Assembly: GCF_037042905.1 (NCBI RefSeq)
Contig: NC_087251.1
Location: 5,644,001-5,708,000 of the forward strand
DNA from: Lytechinus pictus
Lineage: Eukaryota
Direction: 5' to 3'
DNA: 64,000 nucleotides
The translations under genes were made by a program, and so were the position numbers. Shown in pieces: positions 12,801 to 25,481 of this stretch (position 1 is the first letter of the stretch; each line of letters begins with the position of its first letter). The notes below the pieces were generated by a model. It did not search any database. It was not told the origin of the DNA and saw nothing but the letters and a program-made list of their open reading frames with translations.

Positions 12801-13230
12801 TGTGGTCCACACCCTGTTAAAGGGTGATATCATTATACCTAGCACCTAAACGATTCAGGAGCGTTGCCAATCAACCTATTTTCATGATGGACGTTCTTAG
12901 GTTTCTATTTTTATATTATTGTGTTGCAATTGAGACAATAATCATAATCATATAACCTTGATATATAGATGGAAAGACAGGTGTTTTAGTATATCTATGC
13001 CAATACTGTATCCCACACCATAATAGGTCTAACAACATGCATCAACACAATTTCTCTATATTAAATGAAAAAAATACATAAAACTGTCGATTTTTTTATC
13101 TTTTTCAAATCAGTTTTTGACACTCGCTCACATCCCTCTCTTTGTTTGTGATGACCTCTTCTTTCCTCTCATCACTCAGACATCAAAACTTCGACTCCTA
13201 GGAAATTTCTAGATCCGCTAACATAGAATA

Positions 13231-13509
13231 CGGTGCCCGCCAGGTGACGTGAGTGGAAAAAAATCTTCATGGATTATTTCGTTACCTCGCAATAATATTG
13301 CGTTCCCCCGCAATATTATTTCGTTCCCTCGCAATATCATTGCGTTCCCTCGCAATAATATTGCGTTCCCTCGCAATATTATTTCGTTCCCTCGCAATAT
13401 TATTTCGTCTCTTACATCACGTGATATGCGCATATCACGTGACGAAAGAGACGAACGCAATAATCCATGAAGATTTTTTTTTTCAACTCGTGTCACCTGG
13501 CGGGCTCCG
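13231..13509. mobile_element. MITE with ~55-bp TIRs and an internal 21-bp minisatellite
   Basis: Structure TA|CGGTGCCCGCCAGGTGAC...TCTTCATGGATTATT and AATAATCCATGAAGA...GTCACCTGGCGGGCTCCG|TA. About 6 copies of TTATTTCGTTCCCTCGCAATA at 13274-13408. Confidence 0.82.
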
Positions 13510-13847
13510 TAATCCAATATTCCGCAATTCACCGAAAAAGTCTGGACCTTGGAAGAAGACAAAACATAATAAATTCTATATTCTGATAAATTTCTGATAG
13601 AGAGTGGAATCTAGGTCGAGCAAGGCCAAATCATTGGTGGACGACATGCAATGCGATTGCGCAATACAACTTGTTTGTGTACATCTCACTTGTTGCGAGG
13701 AAACGCATCTTCCTGGCCATCCCAATATTGGCAAGTTTTGCTTTTGCATTTTGAGCCAGCAATTCCTTGTTTAAGATGTGCATGAAAATTGATATGGGTT
13801 CCATTGTATAACAAAATATGATAGCTCCGTCATAAAATAGGCCTACC

Positions 13848-13848
<1 letters not shown>

Positions 13849-13918
<70 letters not shown>

Positions 13919-13982
13919 CTTATCCATCTATATATCTATCTATATATATATCTGTCTGTTTGTCTGTCTGTCTATCTATCTA
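13849..13982. repeat. (TATC)n compound microsatellite
   Basis: Direct reading. Confidence 0.95.
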
Positions 13983-14927
13983 TTATTTATCTTTCTCTCT
14001 TTCCTCCCTTCACTTCTCTTTCACCCCCATGACTCTATACTGCGTTTTTCCTTAACTCTTTGTGCCTTTTTCATTGCCTCCCTTAATCTCCTACCTCCTC
14101 TACCCCTCACTCTGTCTATATCTACTCCAGATCATCATCCTTCATCACAGTTCACGCTTTATCAACTCTGTAGATCATCCATGGAGACAGCTAACTGACC
14201 AGAAGCGTTCGTTACAAGGCCAGTGGACGCCATCTATATAGACCTTGACATAATTTGGCAGTTTATGCAGAATGACAATGCACCGTGAATGATAGAATCT
14301 TGGCTATTTTCTTCACTCTTTATATCGAAATTGTAAATTCAAAAGTAGTCTTTACAATGTTTAATGTGGAATTCATATGTATCATCTTAATATAGTTTTT
14401 GGAAGTATTTCCTCAAACGACTGAAGAGTGACGATTGTCATATTTTATTTTGTCCTACACGAAATTATAGCTGGTAATAAATTAACAGTTGTTCAGAGTC
14501 ATTTAGTAACAAGGATATAGCGTGTGTATGGGGGTAGACCAAGACGTGATTGTACTGATGGGAAATCCTAAGCACTTTTTCTTCCTTTCCCCACCCTCTC
14601 TCTTTCCGTCTCTTTTTACACGTGATTTGGTAGCAGGTTAATTGTTTTCCTCTGATAATATAATGTTGTACAACGAGAGATGAGAGAAAGAGGTAGGGAA
14701 AGATAGGAAGAAAGAGAGAGAGAGAGACAGAGAGGTGGGATGGTGGGATGGGTAAAGAAAATAGCGGGGGTCTAAAATGTAAATCGGATTATAATTGAAG
14801 CTAGAAGCTGTATAAAAGAGGAAAGGAACAATGGGTGACACAAAGGTAATGTATATAATTTTTTTTCTAACACTAAGTAGCAATGAGATAATAAATTGCC
14901 AAAGATTTTGTTTTCAATAATGGGGAT

Positions 14928-15194
14928 CCCTACTGGAAAGAACAGAGTGTCCCACAGTGTGGAACACAACATGAAATCCCCTTCACACCTAAATTAATTA
15001 CAATTTCACATATTCATGTATTCGACCATATGAACACGGTATGATTAGCCACACTGTCGAGGTGTCCACAGTGTGTAAATATGTTCACACTGTTGAATTT
15101 GAGCGTTTTAACAGTGTGAATAATATTTTCACATAGTCCACACTGTGAACACACTGTGATCACACTGTGTGGCAATGTATTCTTTCCAGCAAAG
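14928..15194. mobile_element. EnSpm/CMC-like MITE
   Basis: Termini CCCTACTGGAAAGAA / TTCTTTCCAGCAAAG, flanked by AT on both sides. Repeated CACAGTGTG/CACACTGTG motifs. Confidence 0.55.
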
Positions 15195-16135
15195 ATAAAT
15201 AATGGCATATATATACATTTAAGTTATAAAGAGTGGTTATATAAAATGGAAGCCATTATCAAGCGTGTATATTTACAAAGGGTATGATATTAAACAACCA
15301 GATAAATTGTATGATTCATTATAAACAATCTTTCAGGTTCAAACCGCTTGCATTCGAGAATAAAGCAATATTATTGTTCCATTTATTTAATTGGAGTATA
15401 CCTTGAAGACAACACTGCCCAATGGCCCATTAATTAGGATGAAATGGGAATACCTGGATCGGTGTGTGAGGGTTCACCGAACAGCAGTATTAACGCCTCG
15501 AGATATCGATTCCAAGATCCTGATCACAAACTCATGCCATATAGGGTCTGGAAAAAAAAATATTATCATGAGTAATATTGGTATTAAAGCTTCATGGACC
15601 GGTATCAAGTGAAAGTACTCTTTGGAAATCTAAATTATTTATTTGTCTGTTTTGAGATACATCGGGGGTCATGATTTGAATTAAGATTATTGGCCCTCCC
15701 ATAGTGAAGTTACTCAGTAACTGGAACCTACCAACTCGAATAATAAAATGATTTTTTTTACAAAATAAACTCTTCCGTGCTTATGAACATTATTTACTTT
15801 ACTACTGAGGTTCAACTCCAATCGTGGTTAAAATCTGTGAGTGTGAGTTAATTATCTCAATAATTTCAAACGATGTTTAATGGTCGAAGATATTATTTTG
15901 TATCATCTGTTCGCTTAGCTCTCATTTTTAATTACTTGGATTCCAGAATTCTTGATAACATTAACAATAGCTATGATGCGGTATTCACATAAATTGTTCA
16001 AATAGGTTGATATCTTTAAACAATCATTTGATAAAAACATATTTCCTTCAGTATTGTGATTTATGTAACAGTTGGCAGTATATTTTTTGTTCTATACTTT
16101 CTTATTGATGTGAAATTATTTTGTGCGTGTGTGTG

Positions 16136-16166
<31 letters not shown>

Positions 16167-16197
16167 TGTAAAGAAATGTACATGTATAACTTTACAC

Positions 16198-16241
<44 letters not shown>

Positions 16242-16521
16242 TGTTCTCATTTTCTTGATTTAATAAGCCATTCTTTACGTGTGATAATCACAGTTTCTTT
16301 TAATGTAATTACAATGTGCGAGTGACTGACTTGTAATTCGATATTCTGAACCACTTAATGAACAAAGACATTTTGATATGACGTAATGTTGCCAATAGCC
16401 TAATTCCGACCACGGTCGAAAGGGTATCGGCTTCTCTTTATTATCGCTTTATACTATTTCATGAGTAAATGACATATGCTTCCATATTTCTTTCCCCTTC
16501 TTCCCCTCTTTATCTCTCCCC

Positions 16522-16553
<32 letters not shown>

Positions 16554-16567
16554 CCCTCTATATCTAT

Positions 16568-17379
16568 GGGTGCGTTTATCCGCCACTTTTTCACCCTAGA
16601 ATCATGATCTGAATCATGATTCAAATCACGATTCTGCAGAATCACGATTGCGTTTAGTCGAAATTGAATATAATCATGATTAGAATCACAAACATGAACT
16701 ACGAAAAAAGGGGCGTTTGGAAAGACGTTTCTACAGAATCACGTATGAAAATGTTCGAATAAACGATATCGTGATTTGAATCATGATTATATGACCTCAC
16801 TGTGTCGGGCTACTTTTGGTTTGACTCTTGCCAAGCTCAAGGCTCTCTATATGCTCATTGTATGTACATGGTTACTCTGCATGCATTTCTTGTCATGTTG
16901 CAAGTTCTGTGTTGGTCATCGCATCGTCCACTACTTTTCATTTTTTGGTCATGTCTTCAACTTCAAGTTCTAGTGAATGAATTAACTGGACAGACAATGA
17001 TCTCAGTTGTTGTTGAGTATAGAGTGTTAATATTAAATTGGAATTCACTTCCGAACACCATTTTGGATAAACTAACAAGATGAATAGAAGCATATGGACC
17101 CTATAGAAGTAAACAAAATTAGGTATAGACTGAATTCTGGAAGCAAAAGATTTTTCGAGAGCCGAAACACGTGCGAAAAACTTCCTTTGTCAAACTGCGC
17201 ACTAGTGATGCGCACTGGATTGGCCCGAATCTGAGGAGAAACAGCATTGTAATGAAGGTCGTCTAAACGCTGATTCTGTGACATCGTGATTCATGTTTGT
17301 GTTTTGAATCATGATTCAAATCATGATTCAAATCATGATTCAAATCATGATTCTGGCTTGAGGTCGCATAAACGCAGCC
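16568..17379. mobile_element. PIF/Harbinger-like non-autonomous element, 812 bp
   Basis: Termini GGGTGCGTTTAT / ATAAACGCAGCC. 3-bp TSD TAT. Arrays of the palindrome AATCATGATT at both ends (12-bp period at 17307-17353). Confidence 0.8.
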
Positions 17380-20300
17380 TATACCTCTCTCTCACCTTTA
17401 TTTCAACCCCGACATCCCACTGCAATATCCTATTAATTTTTTTTCGCCGTCTTTTCTTTTTAAAGAAATAGTTCATTTCAGGGCTTTGCATCTGTGTGCC
17501 CCGAGGTTACTTCGTTTACTCCGCCTGGAATTATGCTTTTGATTTTGATTGTTTCCGTTTACCCCCCATTGAAATATGATCGACACGAACGTGACACATT
17601 TACCCTCTAAAATGATAGGCCTCCTGAAACAAAAAAGATGATGACGTCATCTTCATGCGGCTAATTCGTTGATTATTTTGAAAAACATGCGGTCTTTTCA
17701 GTTCAACCACGAATTCTACACTTGTTGAATTATTTTTTATATCATTCAATGAATTTGTTTAATGTTCGCTGAGTTCGGTATACTTTGCTTCTCTTTCATA
17801 AGTTAATAAGTTAAAACACACATTTTTGTTGTTTTCACCAATTCATTTTGAGTTGTTACTTTATATATTATTCATTTTTAAAATTAAATTTAAGAAAGTG
17901 GTGCCGAATAAAAGGGTCTATAATTTTGATAAAAGTCAATATATTTCGATTCGAACTTGACATTAATTACCATGAATACAGCAAATGTGTGTGTATTAAC
18001 TTGTGCATTGTGTTAATATTTACTGTATGCAGGAGCAACTCCAAAATTATAACCCTTTGGAAATAAAAATTATGATTCATCCCTTGCCGTAGAAAACAAA
18101 TCTTCGAAATCACGGCAGTTGTTTTTTATCTTTTAAATCAGGGTTGCTGTCGATTTTGAACAAAGAACTAACTTTCAGGTGTATGAATCATATCATAGAA
18201 TATATTGACCTGTATCAGTTTTGGTGATGAATGGATGGCTTTATGACCACTCCCCTGTTTGAAGGGGTGAATGGTGATATAGTATTATGCTTGATTATCT
18301 TTTTTCTTTAAATCTCGTATTTCTTATCATCGTTATTGAACTATACCTCTACTAATGCTTTCTTTTAATGTATTTTCTCTCTATTGTTTGTTTATTCATT
18401 ATTCCATTTCCTTTGTTCGTTCTTGCAGTATCCTACGTTTGCAATGCCAATTATGATTCAGAATTCTTTATAGCGATTTAAAATTACGCAGATTTTTTTT
18501 AATGATTTAAATGGGATTGGCGACGCATCAACAGACAAACTCATCTGGACTCATGATTTTCATTACAGATCGAGCATGCGATCTTAAAGACATAGGAGTA
18601 ATGCCGAAAATTTGTTCACAAATTATCATTACCTCCTATTAAAGCCTCTTTATTTACAAACTCAGCCAGAGTAAAATTGAGTTTGAAATCAGAGTCAAAT
18701 TATTTCGAGTTGACTCACTCAAAATCACTCAATCAAAATATAGGCTTTCTCTATTCCTCTTTAAATTTCGGTGTGTTTTTTGTTTCTCTTTCTTCTTCTT
18801 TTTAATTGTAATTCCTAAGTTGATTCATACCTTTTGAAAAGAAACTACAGAAAAAATGCCAAGATCCTTTTCATTTGGATCCATTTGCCCTTAGAAAACC
18901 CTTGAAGAGACTGTCTATTACCATTAATAGAAAATTCAGGTAAATGTCTCAAATATATATAATTAAATTTACAAAATAAATCAAAACAGAGCAGAGGCGT
19001 GTAGAAGTACAGTGTATTGGCCCTGCAATATTTTAAGGCGGCGCACTAAGGGCACCCCCCCCCCAGACAGAAAATTATCACTCCCCTACTTGCAAAATGA
19101 GTTAAATTAGTACATTCACATATTAGAACGATTGACGTCAGAAGTTATGAAGATGTTGGAAGTGTTATTTATGGGTGTGGGATCTCTTTGTCTCTGAAAA
19201 AAATGCCTTTCAAAAACATGAGTTTAGATGTTGGACATTATTTCATCGCAATAAAACAACGATCCTATTATTTCTTCATGAATTTTCATTTCCCTTTCCA
19301 CATATCTAATTGAACTGGTATAGTGAAACTAAAACTTCTTTGTTTCCATAGCTGTATCTTTGCCAGTGTCATTTTGTACACCGATGCAAACTGAGATAGA
19401 CCTTAGCGATACTTGAGGAAAGAGTTCTTTTACTGAATGTAGGTAACAAGTACTCTACGTCATAGTCGATATTAAGAGGGCGGGATTGGAGACACCGACA
19501 TGGAAAGCGACCGAGAGTCGGACGCCAATTTCATGCTCAAAACAATAAGAGCTAACGGACATTGATAAATGGTCATCAGGCACCTCGGTGAGGTGAAGGA
19601 GGGGGGGGGGGAGAAAAATCGTATTTTTTATTTTTCATTCAAACCCTATCCTTGCACTCTCGACTTTGACCGGCAAAACTTTTAGAGCTAAATTCGCCAA
19701 ATTGTCGCCCAATTCTTCCGATCAATTTACTGCATCTGCCTTCTTGAGCTTTCCAGGGGTCGACTTTGGCGGGAAATATTCATGAAACAAATATATTTTA
19801 GTTTAATAGGTCCACTCCTCGTCTTTTTCTCTTCGATCGTAGGAGCTGGTCGGTGAGGCGCGCTCTCAAGGAGACAAAACGAGACGATGAAGGGACAGGA
19901 GCTTACACTGACTGATCATTTCACGTCTTTCACATAATTATTTTCGGTCATAGAAATTCGATTACCCGGCCTGTCGTCTGCCATGGCCTCGGATTCGTCG
20001 TATGTAGGGTATGTACAACTTCAAAACATTTCAGACGCCATCGTTTTGATTGTCTTTCAAGTACCGTGTTGTTCTGAATGATCTTTCCACCTTTTTTTCA
20101 TAGAGTATCAGTCATGAACATAGTCGCTGTGAACGATTGCTTTTAAGTGCATTAAACAGGGAAATGACGATGTTTCTCTTTATTTCGTTTGCAGGGACAC
20201 CACTTAAAGATTATGGCATGCTACAGAAAACTGCTCCCAACAGATTTACTGTCGGCATACAGTGGCATCGTTAACATTCAGTTATATCATATATCAAATA

Positions 20301-20633
20301 ATGATACTGATAAAAACTTAAACAGACCCCACACACGCATCCTCTCACACACACGCACAGACAGACAGACATTCCCTCACACAATGTACCCTTCCTAACC
20401 TACAAACTCGAATCAGTAGATATTGACGTCGTGAAGAAGGTCATCGCAATCCTTGAACGTCGTAATCGTATCACTGCACGCATCGCTGAACGTATACCTA
20501 GTATATCATTTCCCAGGGTAGCCTTTCTGACGTCACAAAGTGAGAGCCACATCTGGACAACTCTTTTTTAAAGAAAATTATTTTGAACGTGATTCTGTTC
20601 ATATATTTTTCCAGCAGTTAGCTTTCATAAATG

Positions 20634-20638
<5 letters not shown>

Positions 20639-20728
<90 letters not shown>
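20639..20728. repeat. (TA)n microsatellite; others at ~16141-16240, 39576-39645 and 43542-43582
   Basis: Direct reading. Confidence 0.95.
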
Positions 20729-23039
20729 ATGAATTTATGTGATATGAAATTGTTATCTAATTTGTTTAATTTGTAATTGGACCTCTTGGCAGAAGAGTTG
20801 TGCTATAATGGCTCAGCTGACCAGGGTGATCCTTTCAACATGTTCAATGCCATTGTATCATACTACAGTATGATGATTTTTTTTAAAATATATATTGGTA
20901 ATCAAACAAACAAACAAACAAAAATTCTTTGCTATTTCACTATCTACTATGGCTACGAGAATTAAAGAAATAGTCTTAGTTTTAGTCCTCTAAAATATAT
21001 ATCTCTGTTCGGTTAATGATCGCAGATTAAACCGCTTTAATTATGATTCATTTCAGGATTTAACGTCAGGGATATGGATTCAAATAAAATGAAAGAAACG
21101 CATTACTAGCAAATATATTTCATCTCTTGTTATATGACTTAAAATATAGAAATAATAGAAAAAAATGAATATTTTGTTATGCGTCAGTGATTAATCAGTC
21201 TAAACCAGACTGAAAGGGAAGACTTTTGGTGGTTCTTTTTCGGTATGATTCTCTTTCCAAAATTAATTTTGCAATCTAAATTAAACTAAATTTACAAGGT
21301 TTGTTTTGATAACATCGCCCCTCCCTCTCCTCTCCCTTCACTGGTCATCCCTAGGGTTATATATAAACCCCTCCCATCTTCATCACATAGAAGAAGAAAA
21401 GAAAAGAGGGGAATCCTTTAAGATTATTTTACCAGGGACCCAATTATCTATCCAAACAAAATCAGTATCGAGCGGATCAAGGTACTAGGAACCATATACA
21501 AGGTCTAAAGGGAATAAGAAAAACGTAATTAAAAGGTTAGCGTTGACGAAGTTCTTCTTCGTGTGACGTCATTTGACGATGCCCTCTTTACGTGCGAGGC
21601 GCGCACTGGCGCTTTCTGCCAATCGATTCTTAACAGGTCTTTGCACATCGTGCCATTGGCCCCTAGTCTTTAAGGTCTAGGGGTAAGACCTCTTATTTTC
21701 ACCAACATTGTTCAAATCATTAACCAACTATCTTTCCCAGCTGCAATGTAGCATGATGCCCCTCTTCTATTTCGTACTGAAATTAGCCATTCTGCCGTTT
21801 TGGGCCGTGCATGAAAAAAAAGACAAATTTCAAAATATTTAATGTGATTGGAAGTATTATTGTTTATTGTTTATGTAATAGTATTTGTAGTGTTTATGTA
21901 CCGGTGATGCGATGTTATTCTTACAATATCTTTGAAAGAAAACAGAAACCAAAATCCACCCATGATAACTTGCTCCATCGGTTGATTTTTTGTTTGTGAC
22001 TTGGACGATAACGTAACATCAAAGCGCTTTGTAATTTACCCTGACGTTGGATTCAGTCGGGTCTTCCGACATTCATTCAATGTCTAATCCAAGTGGAGGT
22101 ATTTTCACCAGTCATTGTGTATGGTAGACACAATGCTGAGCAAACTAAATTAATTTTCTCATCCATTTTCTAGGAAGGCCCGGAGAAAGGCCTAAACACT
22201 TAAAGCCTGGAAGGAGAGTGGCGAGTTGAAATTAATATCGTACCATATTAGTGTAAGGTGGGATTTACCCATAATACACTGATTCATAAAGGAACAATGG
22301 ATTACATAGAGCTTGCATCATTAAAAAAAAAACACCTCAAAACATCATGTTATATATTTTAATTATATTTTATTACGATTTATTTTCAGGCACGCCATAA
22401 TACGGTTTAAAATTGGGTCTGAAAATTAAGACAAGAAGCTGTCCAACGGGGTTTTTAACGCCATACTCTTCAGCAAATTAAATACTGCAATATTCTTATG
22501 AGATGTCCCATTGGCCCTGATTAACGTACCTGGTGTATTTATTGATTGGATAGTGGACCCTTGGTATCCAGGGTATATGTTTTGATTTTTACTACACTAC
22601 TTATATATGCACGTGGTCGTGTGGTAAAGACACCCGTAGAACCTGTATGGTACCCTCCTTAAAATCTTGTATTTTCAAATTCGAGTACAGATGCCTGATG
22701 TCATGGGCGTCATCATTATTTATGTTACGAATGTTAACTTTATATAGGCCACTTTCTTTTATACTGAATGAATGTTTAAGTTGCATTTTTATGATCCGGG
22801 AAAATATGTTATTTTCTTTAATAGCAAATGAAACATTTCTGATATTTCCTAAAGTTTTTTTAAAGATACTCATGACCTGGGGAACAACTATAGGATGGCT
22901 GAATTATTTCTAATTTTTATAATTGTTATTCTATTATTATGAGCCGACTATTCACTTCATGATTATTGAAATATAAACATATCTTCCAATAATCTGATTC
23001 TCGGGGTCACTGTACAAGAAAAAATGAAATGTGATTCTC

Positions 23040-23192
23040 ATTATCATTATTATTATCTCTATTAATGCATTTATTATTATTATTATCATAGCTATTATTA
23101 GTATTATTACTATTACTTTAATTATTATTATTATGATTATTTTTAGTGTTATTATTATTATTATTATCATCACCATTTTATTATTATTATTA
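23040..23192. repeat. Degenerate (ATT)n tract; a similar (TTC)(TTA)(TCA) compound tract lies at 36182-36280
   Basis: Direct reading. Confidence 0.9.
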
Positions 23193-25261
23193 TACTTCTA
23201 GTAGAAGTAATTACAATAGACAATATAACAACAAATATTACAGTTTAATATATTTTTCAAATATTGATAATTTGCATTCATTATAATGAGTGATATTCTA
23301 ATCAACTTACAAGACACATTCACTTTAAATAAAATATGGAATATTTTGAAAATGGTGTTTTTCTTCACAGTATCGTAATTCACATCTAGATTAAATATCT
23401 TTGGTAGATCAGTGTTAGATCAGTGATTCAGAATCCGCGAATAATTTTTCTTGTCATTTCGGCAACCTTTTACAGACTCTGGTGAGGGTACTATTATGAT
23501 AAGCCTAAAAGTGAATTTCGAATACTTCAACATTATTTTAATATTTAATTTCCTAATTTTCTTTTATTTAAATAATTTTAGTCAGCAAATCTTTAAAAAC
23601 AACCTTGTAATTCATTCCTTCCTTTTATGTAAACATGTTTAATAACGTTGCTTCGTAGCGTCGGGCATTTATTTGCTTGAGCACGTATTCATTTTGCAGC
23701 TAAAAGGGGGCCCGGCCCAACATGCTTGTGTAATTCGTCTGCATGTCTTCATTAACTAAATAAATAATACCACATAGTCTGTTCCAAAATTTATATGACT
23801 CAATAAACACAAAGAAGGAAAAGGAGGAATATTTAATTGAGAAAAATGAAGCAAAATATGAACTTTTAAGGTTTCTCCAATATGGATCAAAATGGTCCAA
23901 ACATTGACATTTTCATCTTTTTATAAGATATACATTGGAAGGTCAGTTGTGTATTATGGAAGTGTTAAGGAATGAAAACGGGTTGCATGATAAGTTATTA
24001 ATTCCTGATAGTTATGGAATACTATCCATTGTGATTTCCCTTTATTTTATTCATAACAAATTTTCTCCCTTGTTCATAGATCACACCGTCTTTTAGATGT
24101 CGTATTGTATAGATCTAATAACTTGTCATGTTCCTCTACTCCGAGTGAAGATCTATCCCCGACTCTACTCGTGATGATAGAAAATGCAGACGTTTTGCTC
24201 GCCTGATTAGGTGAATATCATCTTTTCTTTGTCCTATCCTACGTTGCATGAAGAAAGGGCGCCTATAAACTTTCTTTCGCATCTATATATACTTTGCTCT
24301 GATTTCGCCTGCTTTGAGAAATAATATGTGCACCCACTTCTCCCTCCCCCTCCCCCCCCCCCCCCCACTCCACCCTCTCTCTCTCTCTCTCCCTCTCTCT
24401 CTCTATCTCTCTATCTCTCTGTTATGTTATTTCTGTGGTTTTTGCTGTATATACATACGGAAGTCATTCCAATTTTTCCTCAAGTGTGATTTCCTGTGAA
24501 AGTGAAGTAGGTGTATGTTTTAGGGCGTCGTATTACCTTGTTATAATAATCCATATTTCGTAGTTGTGTTCATCGGGAAAATGCAAGTGTTTTGTACTTT
24601 TTTTATTATTGTTTCTTATCTTTCACCAGTATAGCAAGGGTGAAAGAATCTCAAAATATCAATAAGTTTAAGAGTCGGAAAATTACAAGCCTGTCAGCCT
24701 GTTAAGTGTATTTTGTCTTTATAAATGTAAAATTACTAATGCACATACTCTAATCGTGAAGATTTAGTAAAATAAACTAAGTTGGTTCTTTCTTAATTTT
24801 GGTTTTTAAAATGTAGAATAAAAAATGCAGCTATTACACGTGGGAGGATAGGACTCATCAAAGTCTGATTTTCATTCAAAGTACTCTTCCTCGTTGATAT
24901 GTCGTTCGTCGTTGTATATTCATGAGTTAATATAAGAATCTCTCATAGATTCGGATCATCTTGTTGCCGCGCCAGAAGGCACTTTGTCTTGGCCCCGATA
25001 CCCACTCTCATTCTTTACCTTGCAAGAGAGATCACAAACATGACCTTTTTGTAGTGGAGAGTGCATGAAGAGCTATTGAGATAAGTTAGCTTTCAACGAC
25101 TATCGTCGCAGGGTTATGTTTCTTAAAGAGGAGGAAGAGATGAGAGGGAGACATGTATGAATCGCACTTGTAACTAAATTAAATGAATGTCAATACAATT
25201 GCTGCAGATGGATGTTAAATCGTCGTTGTTTCTCTTTACCCAAGTCTCCGTCTTAACTGTT

Positions 25262-25457
25262 TACTCTTATGTTGGGCAGCGTACTGTCCACACAACAATT
25301 TGTTTAAAAAATTTATCCAACTCTGGGTAGTTGCCAACCAATACTGTGTAATTTTCACCCAAAGGACACACATTATTGGTTTAAAACTACCAAGAATTTG
25401 ATAAAGTTTTAACCATTGTTGTGTGGACAATATGTTGCCCAACATATTTAAAGAGTG
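25262..25457. mobile_element. Degenerate MITE
   Basis: Inverted repeat TATGTTGGGCAGCGTACTGTCCACACAACAAT / ATTGTTGTGTGGACAATATGTTGCCCAACATA. Ends are eroded. Confidence 0.6.
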
Positions 25458-25481
25458 TTTTGGTGACTTCTTCTTTACTTC

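Noticed and set aside
13218..13597. Repetitive ORFs (ILRGNEI / AIILRSL)
   Set aside because: Translations of a 21-bp minisatellite.
22380..22920. Overlapping 88-90 aa ORFs in moderately complex sequence
   Set aside because: No motif recognised; may be an old TE remnant but this cannot be supported.
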